From NCBI GenBank assembly GCA_012295275.1, contig CM022669.1, forward strand, positions 11,966,001-12,030,000: a stretch of DNA of 64,000 nucleotides. Reading direction: 5' to 3'. Positions 13,719-26,699 of this stretch are shown here, in pieces. Position 1 is the stretch's first letter, and each line of letters starts with the position of its first letter. The position numbers were made by a program, and so were the translations under genes. The stretch is from Chrysomallon squamiferum (lineage: Eukaryota; Animalia; Mollusca). The notes below the pieces were generated by a model. That model saw nothing but the letters and a program-made list of their open reading frames with translations, made no database searches and was not told where the DNA came from.

Positions 13719-13981
13719 TAGTAATTTTATATATAATATCAGTAACATTTATTGTAATCAAATAAAAATAAAAATAAACTATGAACAATAAAAAGTGGAC
13801 AACAAAAAAAGAAAATTGAAGAAATGAAAATAAAATGAGAATAAATTGAAAATAAAATAAAAATAATTTTAAAAAGATCTGGTTCTTCTACTAGATCTAT
13901 TGTATAATATTCACCAAAGGACAAACACTTTGTACGGAAAGCAGATTGGAAATTGCCTTGTTTAATAAACCGTTATTCTGC

Positions 13982-16900
13982 TTAAGTGTTATTTTTGCTA
14001 TCTCTTTTAGAAGATGCAGGAAACCAGCTCTCCACTTCCTCGAATGTCTCTGGCAGAGGTTTCTGCTTTGTTTCTGGTAACAGTAGAACAACAATACTAC
14101 CAATGAACGTCAGCACAGAAAACAAAAGTAATGGAAGCTTTGGAAGAGTCTTGGCCTGTAAAACATTGAATATAACCCAAGATACTATCAGTATGTTAAA
14201 TCTTGTAATTAGTGAATATATCCCAAAATACTATCAATGTGTTAAATCTTGTAATTAGTGAATATATCCCAAAAATACTATCAATGTGTTAAATCTTGTA
14301 ATTAGTGAATATATCCCAAAATACTATCAGTATGTTAAATCTTGTAATTAGTGAATATATCCCCAAAATACTATCAATGTGTTAAATCTTGTAATTAGTG
14401 AATATATCCCAAAAATACTATCAATATGTTAAATCTTGTAATTAGTGAATATATCCCAAAATACGTTAAAACTTATACTTAGTGAGAATATAACATTTTT
14501 TTTTTTTAAAGACTATTAAAATAAGTCAAATATGTGACTGTTTGTAATTTTATTATGAAAGTTAAAGATTTATATATTATAAATTTTTTGTCATGATGAA
14601 TATAAAATTTATATTTTTTGTAAGCAGTAACTATCTGCAAGTCATTCTTAATTTCAATGGTCTAGAAAAAAAACATCTATTCATTTTTAAAATCTGTATT
14701 AATATTTAAAATTATCTCAAAAATTTGTTTTCTTTTAATCACTTATAGAATTAAATTATAAATAAATAAATTTAAAAGTGGCTTACAGCATAAACAATAA
14801 AAGGTGCAGATATACTTCCAAGACTTTCAAAAAACGAAGCCATTCCCATCGCTTGGTTCCTGAAAATAAATAACAATATTTAAACATACCATACTGGTAT
14901 TAGCAGAAAACCAAATAACCACATAACAGAATATAAATGTTAATTATAACCTGAAAAAATAAATAAATTAATAAATAAATAAACAAATGAATGAACGAAC
15001 GAATAAATAGAAGACAAAACATTCTACCATTTCAATGAATTAAACATGAATCTTGAATTTGCACCTCTGTTTGTTAGTTGATTACCTGACAACAGTAGGA
15101 AACACTTCTGCTGAGAAGAGATAGACTGTAGAATAGGAACCAGTGATACCAAACTTTCCCAGCATCACCAAACATATCTTCAGTGGCTGAAGATTGACAC
15201 CAGATTCTGAAGAAAATACATATTACTGAAACAGATACAACAACAACAACAACAATTTTTTTTTTTTTTTAAACCCTAAAATCAAGAGTTTAGTCATTTA
15301 ACTTCTTTGAAATTGATCAGATGGACTATTTTAGCAAGAAATTCACAAAACAGATTTTGAATTATTTTGAATTATTTAAAAATGCAAACTTTCTAAGCTG
15401 AGAAAATTATTAAAGTGAATTTTTATTTTACTGCATGTGGGCCCATAGCATCTTTTGTCCTTATTTAATTTTTTTGTTTTTTGAAAATTATAAATGAATA
15501 CTCACCTGTCTGCTCTGGAATAAAAACTGCAGCACTGCTTGTAACAGCACAGAGGAGAAGAAACCCACACAACAAAAGTCTTCTTCCACTCCTAACATAT
15601 TTAAAAAAAAAAAAAATTATTAGTTACCTTCCTGTTGACATCCAACTTTTTTTGCAGAGTTTATACTATTTTAGGTCAAAACAATAATACATTTAATTTT
15701 TTTTTTATAATCTAATAAAAACCAAAATAATCATAAATAACATTACAATTTAATAATAAATAAAAAAAATCTAAAAAAAAAAGTTTTTCAATATAGCCAA
15801 AAGGCTGGCCACATCAGAATGTGCTAATAATACTAATTTATTCACTCAAAATTACCGTACCTTTAAATCATTTAGACATTCATTTGTTTCATTTCAGTAC
15901 CAGTGTGTTTTATTTTTCTAATTTTTTTTCATTATCACTGCACATTGCAATTTTACAATTTTCAACCAATGAGAAATATGCAGAACAAAGAAAATAAGAA
16001 TTTATCAAAACTAAATTGAAACATTATTAATATAATAATTTTAAACAATAGTTATATTTAACTAACCAAACAATTGCAAACATACAGATGAAATAAGCTG
16101 GAAGTTCAACGAGACCCATCAAAAAGAGATTTAAAAATGGATTTCCGTGCAGTATTGGTGTACTCAGAGATATTCCAAAGTAACTTAAACTGTTAACCAA
16201 ACTGAAAAATTAAAAAAGGATAACTGTTTAATTTTTTAAATTTTTTTTTAATTTAAATTCTGTTTAAATATTAGTATATATAGTTAAAAAGAAATATTTA
16301 TGATAAAGATCGCAATAAAAAAAAAATTATAAAATGGTAGGGATTTATGTAATTTATACAATAACAACAAATTCTCAGATTGTTTCTTTCTTTCTTATTC
16401 TTTTTAATGGAGATATTAGTAAGTTTTTATCGTTTAAAATTAATTAATTTGTGTAATAATTAATCATATCAATCAGCATACATTAAAATCACATCATTTG
16501 ATTGGTTAAAATAGTTAAGAAAAATTTATAATTACATGCTTAATGATTATTTGCAACATTTTTAATGATAATTATTTAAAAAACAAAAACATTTAGGAAC
16601 AGTTTGAAACCAATAATCACTGGAAGTGAAATAGTGAGTAATAATAAAAATAAAAATAACTCACAAAAGATAAAATATGATTATGGTGTAGAGTCTAAGT
16701 CTGGGTGACCTAAACAAATCACAGACAGATTTTTCTGTATCTTGTTTATCTTGTTTTGGAATGGTTAATGTCTGATTTTCTAGAACATTCTGTATACAAA
16801 TATGATCACCATTTTGACTGTCAGTCTCTGAAAAATTAGTCTCCTCATCTGGAACATTTTCTTCACAAAAATCATCATTAATTTGATCAGCAGACTCCAT

Positions 16901-19587
16901 CAAAACGTTTTGTTTTTCATTTCTTCCTCCTAATTTTGCTGAAAAACAATCTGTCATCTGACCTTCATTTTGATCTTTTTCAGTTTTCACTGATTTACTA
17001 TTTTCTAACTCTCCTTTACTCAGAGATACATCTCGATGTGTTCTTGCTGCCATGGCAACTTCATTACAGTCCATTTCTTTATTATCTTCATTGCAGTTCT
17101 GGTTCAGAGTGCACTGCTTCAGGTAAGAATCGACCGAATTCCCCTGAAACTGTAACAGCTGTTGGAGAGAAGACACATTTTCATCGGTTAAGCCATTTCC
17201 CAAAAAAAGGGACAGTCTATTTACACGAGCAATGTTTTTCAACACCATGATGGCTCTTTTTGTCTTCTTAGTTGCCAAAAGCCACTGTAAAGATTCTGGA
17301 ACAAACCTGTGAGGACGAAAATAACTTTTTTTTTTTAAATCATATTATATAATTAAAAATTTGTAAGGATTTACAACACAGTAACTACAAAATCTTTTTG
17401 TGAGTAATTAATGCTTTGCTATTCTAACTGACATTCAAACATCTTTTTAAAAGTGCTAATGATTCAACAACTGTGGCATTAATTTATAAAAATCATTGCA
17501 TATTGTAAATTAGCTTTTAGCTGGGATTATAAAAATATGTATATGATTTTAACAGCATGTTCATTATTCAGTAAATTTCGGAACAGTATTCATTAACTCA
17601 CCAAAATGCGCCAATGGCTAAAATGTTCGGCAGTGTTATAAGCAGCTGAAGGTAACGCCAATTTCTCACAGAATAACCAAAGAGTGCAAGGGACATGAGT
17701 CCTCCTGCCCAAAAGCACTGGATGGCAATGGAAGGCTGAGTCCTGTGAGAAGCTGGAAACAGTTCAGTCATCAGGACATAAGTGGTTAAAGATATTCCCT
17801 AAAAGATAAATAATCATCTCTATAAAAAGAAAAATAAACAAAGAAAAACAACAAGAAAAAACTTACTTGTAAATATGTAAGTATTTTTTTGAAACTCCAT
17901 ATGCTGTATACTTATGGTTTATAATTTCAGAGAAAAAAAAGAAGAAAACAAAAAGGATTGTAATTAAAAATAAACAGAAGCCTTTGACATTCAGTTAGCG
18001 TTGCAAAAACCAGACCCATTTTTTTTTTTAAAGCTGGGAGAGTTAACTAAAGGAATAGATCTAAATCTGTAAACAAAACCCATTAAGAAATATTTTTAAA
18101 TACACATGCAATTAATTTGACCATAACCTGAATAAGACTTGTAAAAAAACATACATACATATATAAAGTGATACAAACACAAAAAGCAAAACAGATATAT
18201 TTATTTACTTCCATGGTATTATATTTACATTTTAATTACCAAATCTCTCCCAACAATATTTTGAAATATTCTTATTTATTTAATTACATTTATTTAATTA
18301 CACAGGATTTTGGCAGAAGAGAGGAAGATATCAGGAAACCCTTCTCTGCTAACTAATTTGGGTGGAAAGCATACCGCATGAGAGAAAAAGGGAACACCAG
18401 TTAAATTACTAGATCAACATACACATCCAGAATTAAGCTATGGCTGGCACACACACATACCATATTGAGAAAGCCGACAATGAAGCGGAGGGCAGTAAAA
18501 AGAATAATACTGTTAACAAAAGCAACTCCCATCCCAGCAACAGTCTGCAGGACAAGACATGGCAGAATAATTTTCTTGCGACCAAACCGATCTGCCATAG
18601 CTGTGAGGGTGAGAGCACCCACTGCTGTACCTATCATGTAAACAGTCATGGATAATTCCACCACATAGTTCTGACTGCAAACAAGATTCCACTGAAAAAA
18701 TTTGTATTTAAAAAAATTATAACATATATGCAAAAGAAAATAATTTTTATGCATAATTTAAATACCAGCATGTGTATGTATGTATATCTCTGTATGTTTG
18801 TAAAAATCAAAAATGTGTAGATTAAGAAACTAACTTTTTCTTTATTCAATACTTTTGTTTTGTGAGTAATTACAAATTTATAGTTCTTGCAGCAGACTGA
18901 CTTTTCTCCCTAAAACAGAACTGATATATCTAAATTAAAGACAAGTAAATAATTGATTCAGTTGATTAAAAAGACTTACTAGTAATGGAATTCATGTAAG
19001 GTTATATTTCAAAGTATGTCACTGTCAGATATACAATTTGTGAGTTTATAATGGAGACTGCAAATACACCTTTCTAATATTATTTATGGTATTTATAATA
19101 ATTATATCCTCACATCTAGAGACCTTTTTAATATATATATATGTATGTATACACGCAGTTCATTCTGTTATGACATTTCTTGAAGAAATAAAATGACAAC
19201 AGGACAGGATGATGATGATGATTATGAAAAGGAACTTCGCCATAAATTTATTTCACTTACTTCTGTAACAATTGTTTCTTCAAATTCTGTTTGATAATTC
19301 CATGAAGAGCACGTTGTTCTTGTTGATGTATTAACAGAGCCATTCATAAAGTAACGAGTCACATGACATTTGTCTTTCACGATCAGTTCTTCACTTGAGT
19401 GATTATGAGATGCCTCCGTCCCATTAAGCAGGGGAGGTAAGCAGGTATGTTCACCAGCATCTCCTAGATATATAATAGCAAATACATGCCAAGAACCTCG
19501 CATGTAAGTCAGACTAAGAATTAAAAATACCAGTGTCTGGAAACGACCACATCCTCCCAGTTGTACCAAAACATCATCAACTGCCAT
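13982..19587 (-). CDS. SLC22: SLC22-family organic cation/anion transporter (MFS), 9 coding exons, about 661 aa
   Basis: Exons (minus): 19587-19261, 18691-18461, 17798-17602, 17306-16665, 16201-16067, 15591-15506, 15206-15086, 14859-14787, 14155-13982. All are GT-AG with consistent phases (1986 nt). SLC22 motifs: [83 protein letters not shown] 5'UTR intron acceptor lies at 19613-19614. Confidence 0.93.
14155..14494. repeat. 46-47 bp minisatellite (about 7 copies) abutting the last acceptor of the SLC22 gene
   Basis: Unit TCTTGTAATTAGTGAATATATCCCAAAATACTATCAATGTGTTAAA starts at 14201, 14247, 14294, 14340, 14387 and 14434. The diverged terminal copy 14155-14200 contains the functional AG. Confidence 0.93.
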
Positions 19588-20636
19588 GACCCTGACATAA
19601 ATTGTTAATTATCTGAAAAACAAATAAAATCATTATGCTCACATTTATCGATATACATTGTTATTACACCGAGATGTTTTATTGTCGTTTTTTCTTTTTT
19701 AAATTAGTTTCTTGATAACGAACAGTTATTAACTGTACAACCAATGGCTAATTCTATCAATAATTAGGTCTACAACATCTCCACGATCTTGAATAAATTT
19801 GAAGATATTTATAATTATTATTATCTTACACAGTATATGTTTTCAGTTGGCAATGTATAATATGAAGATCAATTCAATATGTCAGTCACGACATAAACCA
19901 CAACACTTCTTTCAACATTACGATTAACTCAAAGTTTGTCAAACCAGTGACTGAGTGACTCAGTGAGTGAACGACCGAACGAACGTCTCTATCTTCATAT
20001 TCAGTTCTCTTGCTTTCTTCTTTTTTTATTTATTTTTTTCTCCATGTATTATTTGCATATTTATGACGCAGCAACATATTTACATATTACATCAGAGAAT
20101 ACGTTGTAAGCTTATTTCATAAAGCAACTACAATTCTCAACCTTCACTTTGAATCTTGACAGTGAGCCCAGTAACAATATATTAACGTAAAGCTTTTTAC
20201 CAACACATAATCGTTAATCAGTAATAAAATCTTCTATAAGAGAACCAAGTCATTCTTTAAAAGGTAATAATAATAAAATGTTACTATTCATTCAATTTAA
20301 TTTATGCCGACGCAATTTAAACGCACATTAACATCATACTTCGGAACACAAAAACACGTGCAAACAGTACTCTGTACTGTTGTTTTGGTTTTCTTCCCAA
20401 AGGGGAATAACTCTAGACATTTTCATGCCTATAATAATTATTTGCAGTCGTCATCCATAAATGTTAACACGTATCTGTTAGGAGTGAAATGACGTGTGTG
20501 TTGTATCTGTACTTGATTCATAAGTACAGAATTTTTTAGAGATTGTGATATTTGTACTATTAATAGGCCTAAACAATGCTGTATGATGTGTATGATAAAT
20601 CCTTAATTTATCTATGTATTTTTATTAATATTAGTG

Positions 20637-20667
<31 letters not shown>

Positions 20668-23334
20668 ATATTTTGTTTGTTCATTTTATTTTTTATTATT
20701 TGTGTATGTATGTGTTTGTATTGTGGTGAAAAACAGACTACCTCAGTTCTTGGAACATTTCCATTTCGTGTATTAATATTTAATCAAATGTATGTTCAAG
20801 TTATTTACATATGTATAGGTGAATGTGTTTACAGTTATTTGCATGTGTTTTAAAAGTGTATTTGTGAGGATCAGTGTTCAGCATAGGCCCAGTGTGTTTA
20901 TATGTTTGATTATGAATGTTAAATATGGATGTTGTCACATTCTTTTGAGGGATGGAATGATAAACGTGCATTCTATGAATCCTTTAACTGTTCTATTTCC
21001 TGAGAATTCAAATGATGTGTAAAATGAATTCTGTTTCATTATTACAAATTACCAAGGAATCATTTTATTCAACATTTTGACCTTAAAACAAACATTACAT
21101 CAAACATTAATGTTGATATTAATTTCAACTCTTGTCCATAAAGCAAACTGACATTTACTTGCAAGGCAATAATATTTTTTAGACAACAAATATATGCAGA
21201 AAATATCTTTGAAAAAAGAAAAAAAGAAACCCTAAATATATTTTGATAAATATTGTTTTACCTTTGTCTTAATGACAAATTGTATCTTTAACTTGTTAAA
21301 AAACAGTTTCAAAAACATAACAACATAGAGATTACTTCTTTTTTTTTATTGTGAAGATGAATATAGACAATTATCACAGTTCTTAATACAATATTAAGTA
21401 AATAGTAATAACTATACTAATTTTATCAAAAAGAGAAGAAATAGGAGCATATAAATAAATAAATATATATATGTATATAAATAGACAAAACTTCTGTCTA
21501 TAGTAAATAGAATAAAAAACTATTATGTTTTGTTTATATTCATTAAATATTCTTACAGCCAACAAAATCAATAACAAAGACACTTCTGTAGTACAAAATA
21601 AAATATATATAAATAGCTAATTTTAAAACTAGTTTATCTTCATTTTTCTTTTAGGATTACAAATATATGAAATAGGATGAAAGAACAGTTACAGACGATC
21701 ATTTATTCTACAACCATCAATGTTATAACATTTTGAAAAAAAAACCACCTACATAATTATAATACATTGCTACATCTACAAAATGCCTAACTACAAGGTT
21801 AACATTTATAATTTAGCAATATATTATTTTTTTTTTTTTTTTTTTTTTTAACAGTAGTGCATAATTTATTTTATAAAGCAGCAGTAATGGTGAGCTAAAT
21901 ATATTTCTTCTGTCAACCAAATGCTGTGAAAAATAAGGTTATATACATCATAGAAATACCAGCTAAAAATATCACAGCCCATTCCAAATCACAGGTCTAA
22001 CCACCAGATATTTTTATAGATTTTCTTGGGAATGTAGAATATATTTGTAATATCAGTATAATACACCAGAGTATAATTTAAAAAAAAAAGGTTAAATGCA
22101 TTTTGCTTAAAAATCATAAAATCTTTTATCTGCCTTTCTGTAGAAATTAGACAACCATGTGATGTAAAAAAAAATAAAAAAATAAAAAAATAATAAAAAA
22201 TAGTTTTTACCAGGTTATATACATTTCAAAAAACAAATAGCTTTATTTTTTTTATTTTTCTATGTTGTATTCAGTAAAATTGTTGTGACATTAAAAAAAA
22301 AAAAAAAAAAAACAGTGATGAAAATGTAATTTACACAGATATGTTCTCATCGAAAATTCAAAATATGAGATGATATACTGATTGTTATTTTCCATTTTTA
22401 ACCATATATAGCTATTAAAAAGAAATATAATGTGTAAAATTTTACATACAGTAACTGACAGAAATAAAACAATAAAATTAAAAATAATTAAAAATTGAAA
22501 ATATAAAATGATTTAAAAATAACTTAAAATTATGGAGAAAAAAGGTTTTAAAAAGTTTTTTTTTATATATTCTTTATATACTGACACTTACTCTTTGTTT
22601 ATTAATTAATCACTATTCACTCATTTTTGATTAAGTAAGCAAATAAAATAATCATTTTTCAATTTTTTTTTTATTTTTTCTTTATTATTTTTTTTTTTCA
22701 TTGCATTCATTTTATATTTCAAATGTGGTAATTAAAACAATAGCACTGATTGATTGACTGAAAATAATTATCCATGGTAAAGAATAGCATCAAAGATTTT
22801 CTAATTCTTTTTTTAAAAACTCTTATTACCAATTCCCTTTATGCTTTAATCATTTCCTAAAATTGCCGTACTTCACGTTAATAAAATAGAGCAAGCCACA
22901 ATACCTAATTTATGAATTACAAAGTTTAAAAATTAACAACAAAATTCACAGCCTCTAAAAACCTATACTCAGGATTATTTCCTTATTGCTAAACCTATAC
23001 AAAATGTGATCTTTAAAATATTTTAATATTCTAAATTATTGCTTTAAAGTAGCTATTCAAAAAATGTCAGCAATTTTAAAATGCAGCTGTGAATTTAATA
23101 CTAACATAAAATGTTTTGCTGAAGCAAGCAAAACTACTAAAATCTTATAAAAATATTACAAATAATCTAAATTTGATTACAACATGAAGTGTTTTTGACA
23201 ACAGTGGGCATTACTGATAATACTCATTAATATACTGTAAGCTGCCATACATGTGTATAATGTTTTGACAAATTTGATAAAACGAGCTTATGGTCAGCTT
23301 ATTAAGAAACAAATATAGAATTGCTCTAAAACTG

Positions 23335-23366
<32 letters not shown>

Positions 23367-23523
23367 AATTATGAAATTAAGACAGCCCCGATGATGTGAG
23401 ACATTTAAAAAATTTCAGAGATGTATTATTAGATGGCACTGCAATGATAATGTTAAGATAACCAGATGCACCGCTTTAAGCTGTAAGAATAAAATAATGT
23501 TCAGATAGTTATTTTTGACAGCC

Positions 23524-26500
23524 TTAACAAATACAAATGGTAGACATTGGTTTGGGTGGACATACCACATTTTCAAAAACTTGCTGGTACACTTTATGAC
23601 CACAGTTGTCTACCTCTACAAACTCGTAACACGAAAGATCAGAATCAATGGCTGCTGCTGGACATCGCTCAACTTTTTTGGGTGTGTATTCCATCCTGTA
23701 CATGGTGGCATTTTCGAAGGGAGTCGTACTGCAAATTGCTGCACCAGCTGGCTTAAAGCTCTTGAGATGCTGCAGAGGATGTGGAATATAATGTGACTTG
23801 TTTGTGGAAATGCCTTCAAAAGGAGCCAGGTTTGGACAGTATTCAGGTTTCATCATTGGTTTACTGCGCTGACTTAAGTCCCATTTCTGATAATCCATTG
23901 AGTAGTTGGTGGTGCCATCGAAGCAGCCAGGCAATTTCTGGGTGGCTGATGCAGGTCTTCGGGCCAAGTGTGGTTGCAGTGGAAACTGTTTGTATGTAAT
24001 ATTATGGGTAGTGTTCATATCCATGTCTCCTTCTGGCTTCTTGTACTGGTCGGCTACCCTCATGAATGGTTTCTCAGTGGGCCATTTTCGATAATCGTTC
24101 CTAAACGTGGTTAGATCTTCAAGAGGCGCATCAGACGCAAATGCTTGAGCAGCAGGTTTGCAGCTCTCAGCCTTTGACCCATGGGCTCCCTGGTAATCTT
24201 TCTTGAAAGTTGACAACCCGTCCAAAGGAATTCCGGATGGTTTGTAAACTTCTTTCTTTCTGAGGAACTTCTCCTGCAATGGATGTCTGATATACGATTC
24301 TCGGTAACCAGTTGCAGAATCAAAGGGTGTGCATGATATGTTTGGAGCTTCTTTGGGCTTCATGCTCTGCCTGGGTGGTTGACAGTATCTTTGGTAGTCG
24401 CTGGTAAATGTGCTTATTCCCTTAAATTCATCTTGGGGTGGAATCCAAGCTACTCCTTCGTGACGTTTTGGACGACCATCCAGATTCCATTTGCGATAAT
24501 CCGCTGTGAAAATAAAGACAAATGCAGTGATGCACCAGTTTAGAAATGAAATGTATATTTTTACTTTTTGCCAATTCTTTATTTTAATTACAAGAAAGAA
24601 AAATATTCTATAATTGTGACTGAAACGCCAGTTTTTTAAAAAATATTTTAGTACAGATGTTTCATAAAAAAAACATTAATATCTCAAACACTCACCTCTG
24701 TATGTAGGTTCTCCTTCAAACTTGCTGAGTACCTGGCGTTGACCATCGTGTTTTATAGCTTTAGCTGGTGGGGCACACTTGCCTACAAAGAAAAAAAGAC
24801 CAAATATTTTAATATTTATATTTTATTATGTTAAGATAAGATGGATGCTGGAGGAGATATTACAAATTAGTCTGAAAATTTTGCTGCTGATTAATAACCA
24901 AAATGTAATCAGAATGCAAAGATTGGCAATAAAATAACGATAATTCCTACTGCAAATATGAACAGCCTGGAAACATTAGAAATAGAAATTAGAAATAAAC
25001 TACCTTTTGACCTGATATACAGTAAATATTTCATTTTAATGAATTTATTATAATGAAACCTGGGTAATCCCGGACATAAGATGTCATGTGATCTTGTTCT
25101 CCACTTGGTTCTTTGTATGGATCAGGCTGATGCAGCTTTGGTCGCTCTACTTGATGTGCTATGTAATCAACTCTGCAGTAATATAAAATAAATAAATGAA
25201 AAAAATATATATATATATATATAAAATAAAATTAAATAATATAAAACAAAACAAAACAAAAAAATTAATTTCAAAAAGCTAAAAAATTAATATGTAACTT
25301 ATTTTAAATTTGTAGTAAATAATAAAGTAAATTTCCACAATGAAAATAGTATCCTTTGTGGTGAAAATTATATTTTAAATGAGAACAAAAGTAATTTTAT
25401 ATCAGTATTAAAATGAGTATATATTTTTATATCTACTAAAATAATTACACAATTTTATATCAGTAATAAAATTATATTTATATCTACTGAAATAATGAGT
25501 TTTACATCACAACAAAAATTACTACTTAGTTGTTTATAAGAACTGATATGACCTACATAGTTTGACATCAGTACTAAAATGACAACATAGTTTTATATCT
25601 GTAATACAAGTACTATTTAGTTTTGTATCTATACTAGACAGTTTTATATGATAACTAAAATGACTGCATAGTTTTTATTATATCAGTACTAAAATGACTA
25701 CATAGTTTCAGATCAGTACTAAAATGACTACATAGTTTCAGATCAGTACTAACATGACTACATAGTTTCAGATCAGTACTAACATGACTACATAGTTTCA
25801 GATCAGTACTAACATGACTGCATTGTTTTATATGAGTACTAAAATGACTACACAGTTTCAGATCGGTACTAAAATGACTGCAGAGTTTTAAAATGAGTAC
25901 TAAAACGACCTGTTTGTGGTTTTATCCTCAAGTGGTTGGTCGGTACAAAGAGCATTTGCTGCTGGTTTAAAGCTTTTCTGCATCTGAACTGGATGCTCGC
26001 GGTACGTGCTGCGGTACTCGGACAGCAGACATCTCGTATCGCACTGTCCAATCTGCAGATTGGGTCTGTGAGGGCAGCGATGGCGCCTGGAAGTTCAAAA
26101 CAACATTGTTTGACATTCGGCTAAACAGGACGAAATATTTCTAAAATCACAGAGAAGGAGCTAAAAACAAACTTTTTTTTTTTTTTTTTTTATTTTTTTT
26201 TTTTTTTTTTTATATTTCAAATTACGTATTTAATTCTCAAAAATGATGGGTAATTTCAGCTTTCCTGGCATCGTGGTTTCATCTGTAATTGTGAATAACC
26301 TGTAAGTGGTGCATTTACTATTGTAAGCGGAGCAGTTGTTTCAAGTAGGTTTTCAAAATGTCTGTGTAATTATCTATGTATGGGGGTAAAAAAAAAAGAA
26401 AATAAATAAAAGAGAGATAAAGGAAGAAAAGTGATTTGTTTGGAAATTTGATAAAATGGCAATGAAAATCTCAAAAGAAATACGAACCTTCTTATAGCCT

Positions 26501-26552
26501 GCAGGTGTATACTGTCAATAATAATAATAAGAAAAAAAAAAGAAAGAAAGAA

Positions 26553-26606
<54 letters not shown>

Positions 26607-26654
26607 ATTAATAATAATAATAATACTATTAAAAAAAAAATAATAATAATAATA

Positions 26655-26699
<45 letters not shown>

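Noticed and set aside
14201-14470. Regular repeats superficially resembling a CRISPR array (also 25683-25909)
   Set aside because: Units are contiguous with no unique spacers, there are no cas genes, and the context is a eukaryotic intron.
23415-24323. Alternative-frame and antisense ORFs over SAXO exon 5 (likewise over EFL1 exon 19 and CHSY1)
   Set aside because: Shadow ORFs of real exons with no independent coding signal.
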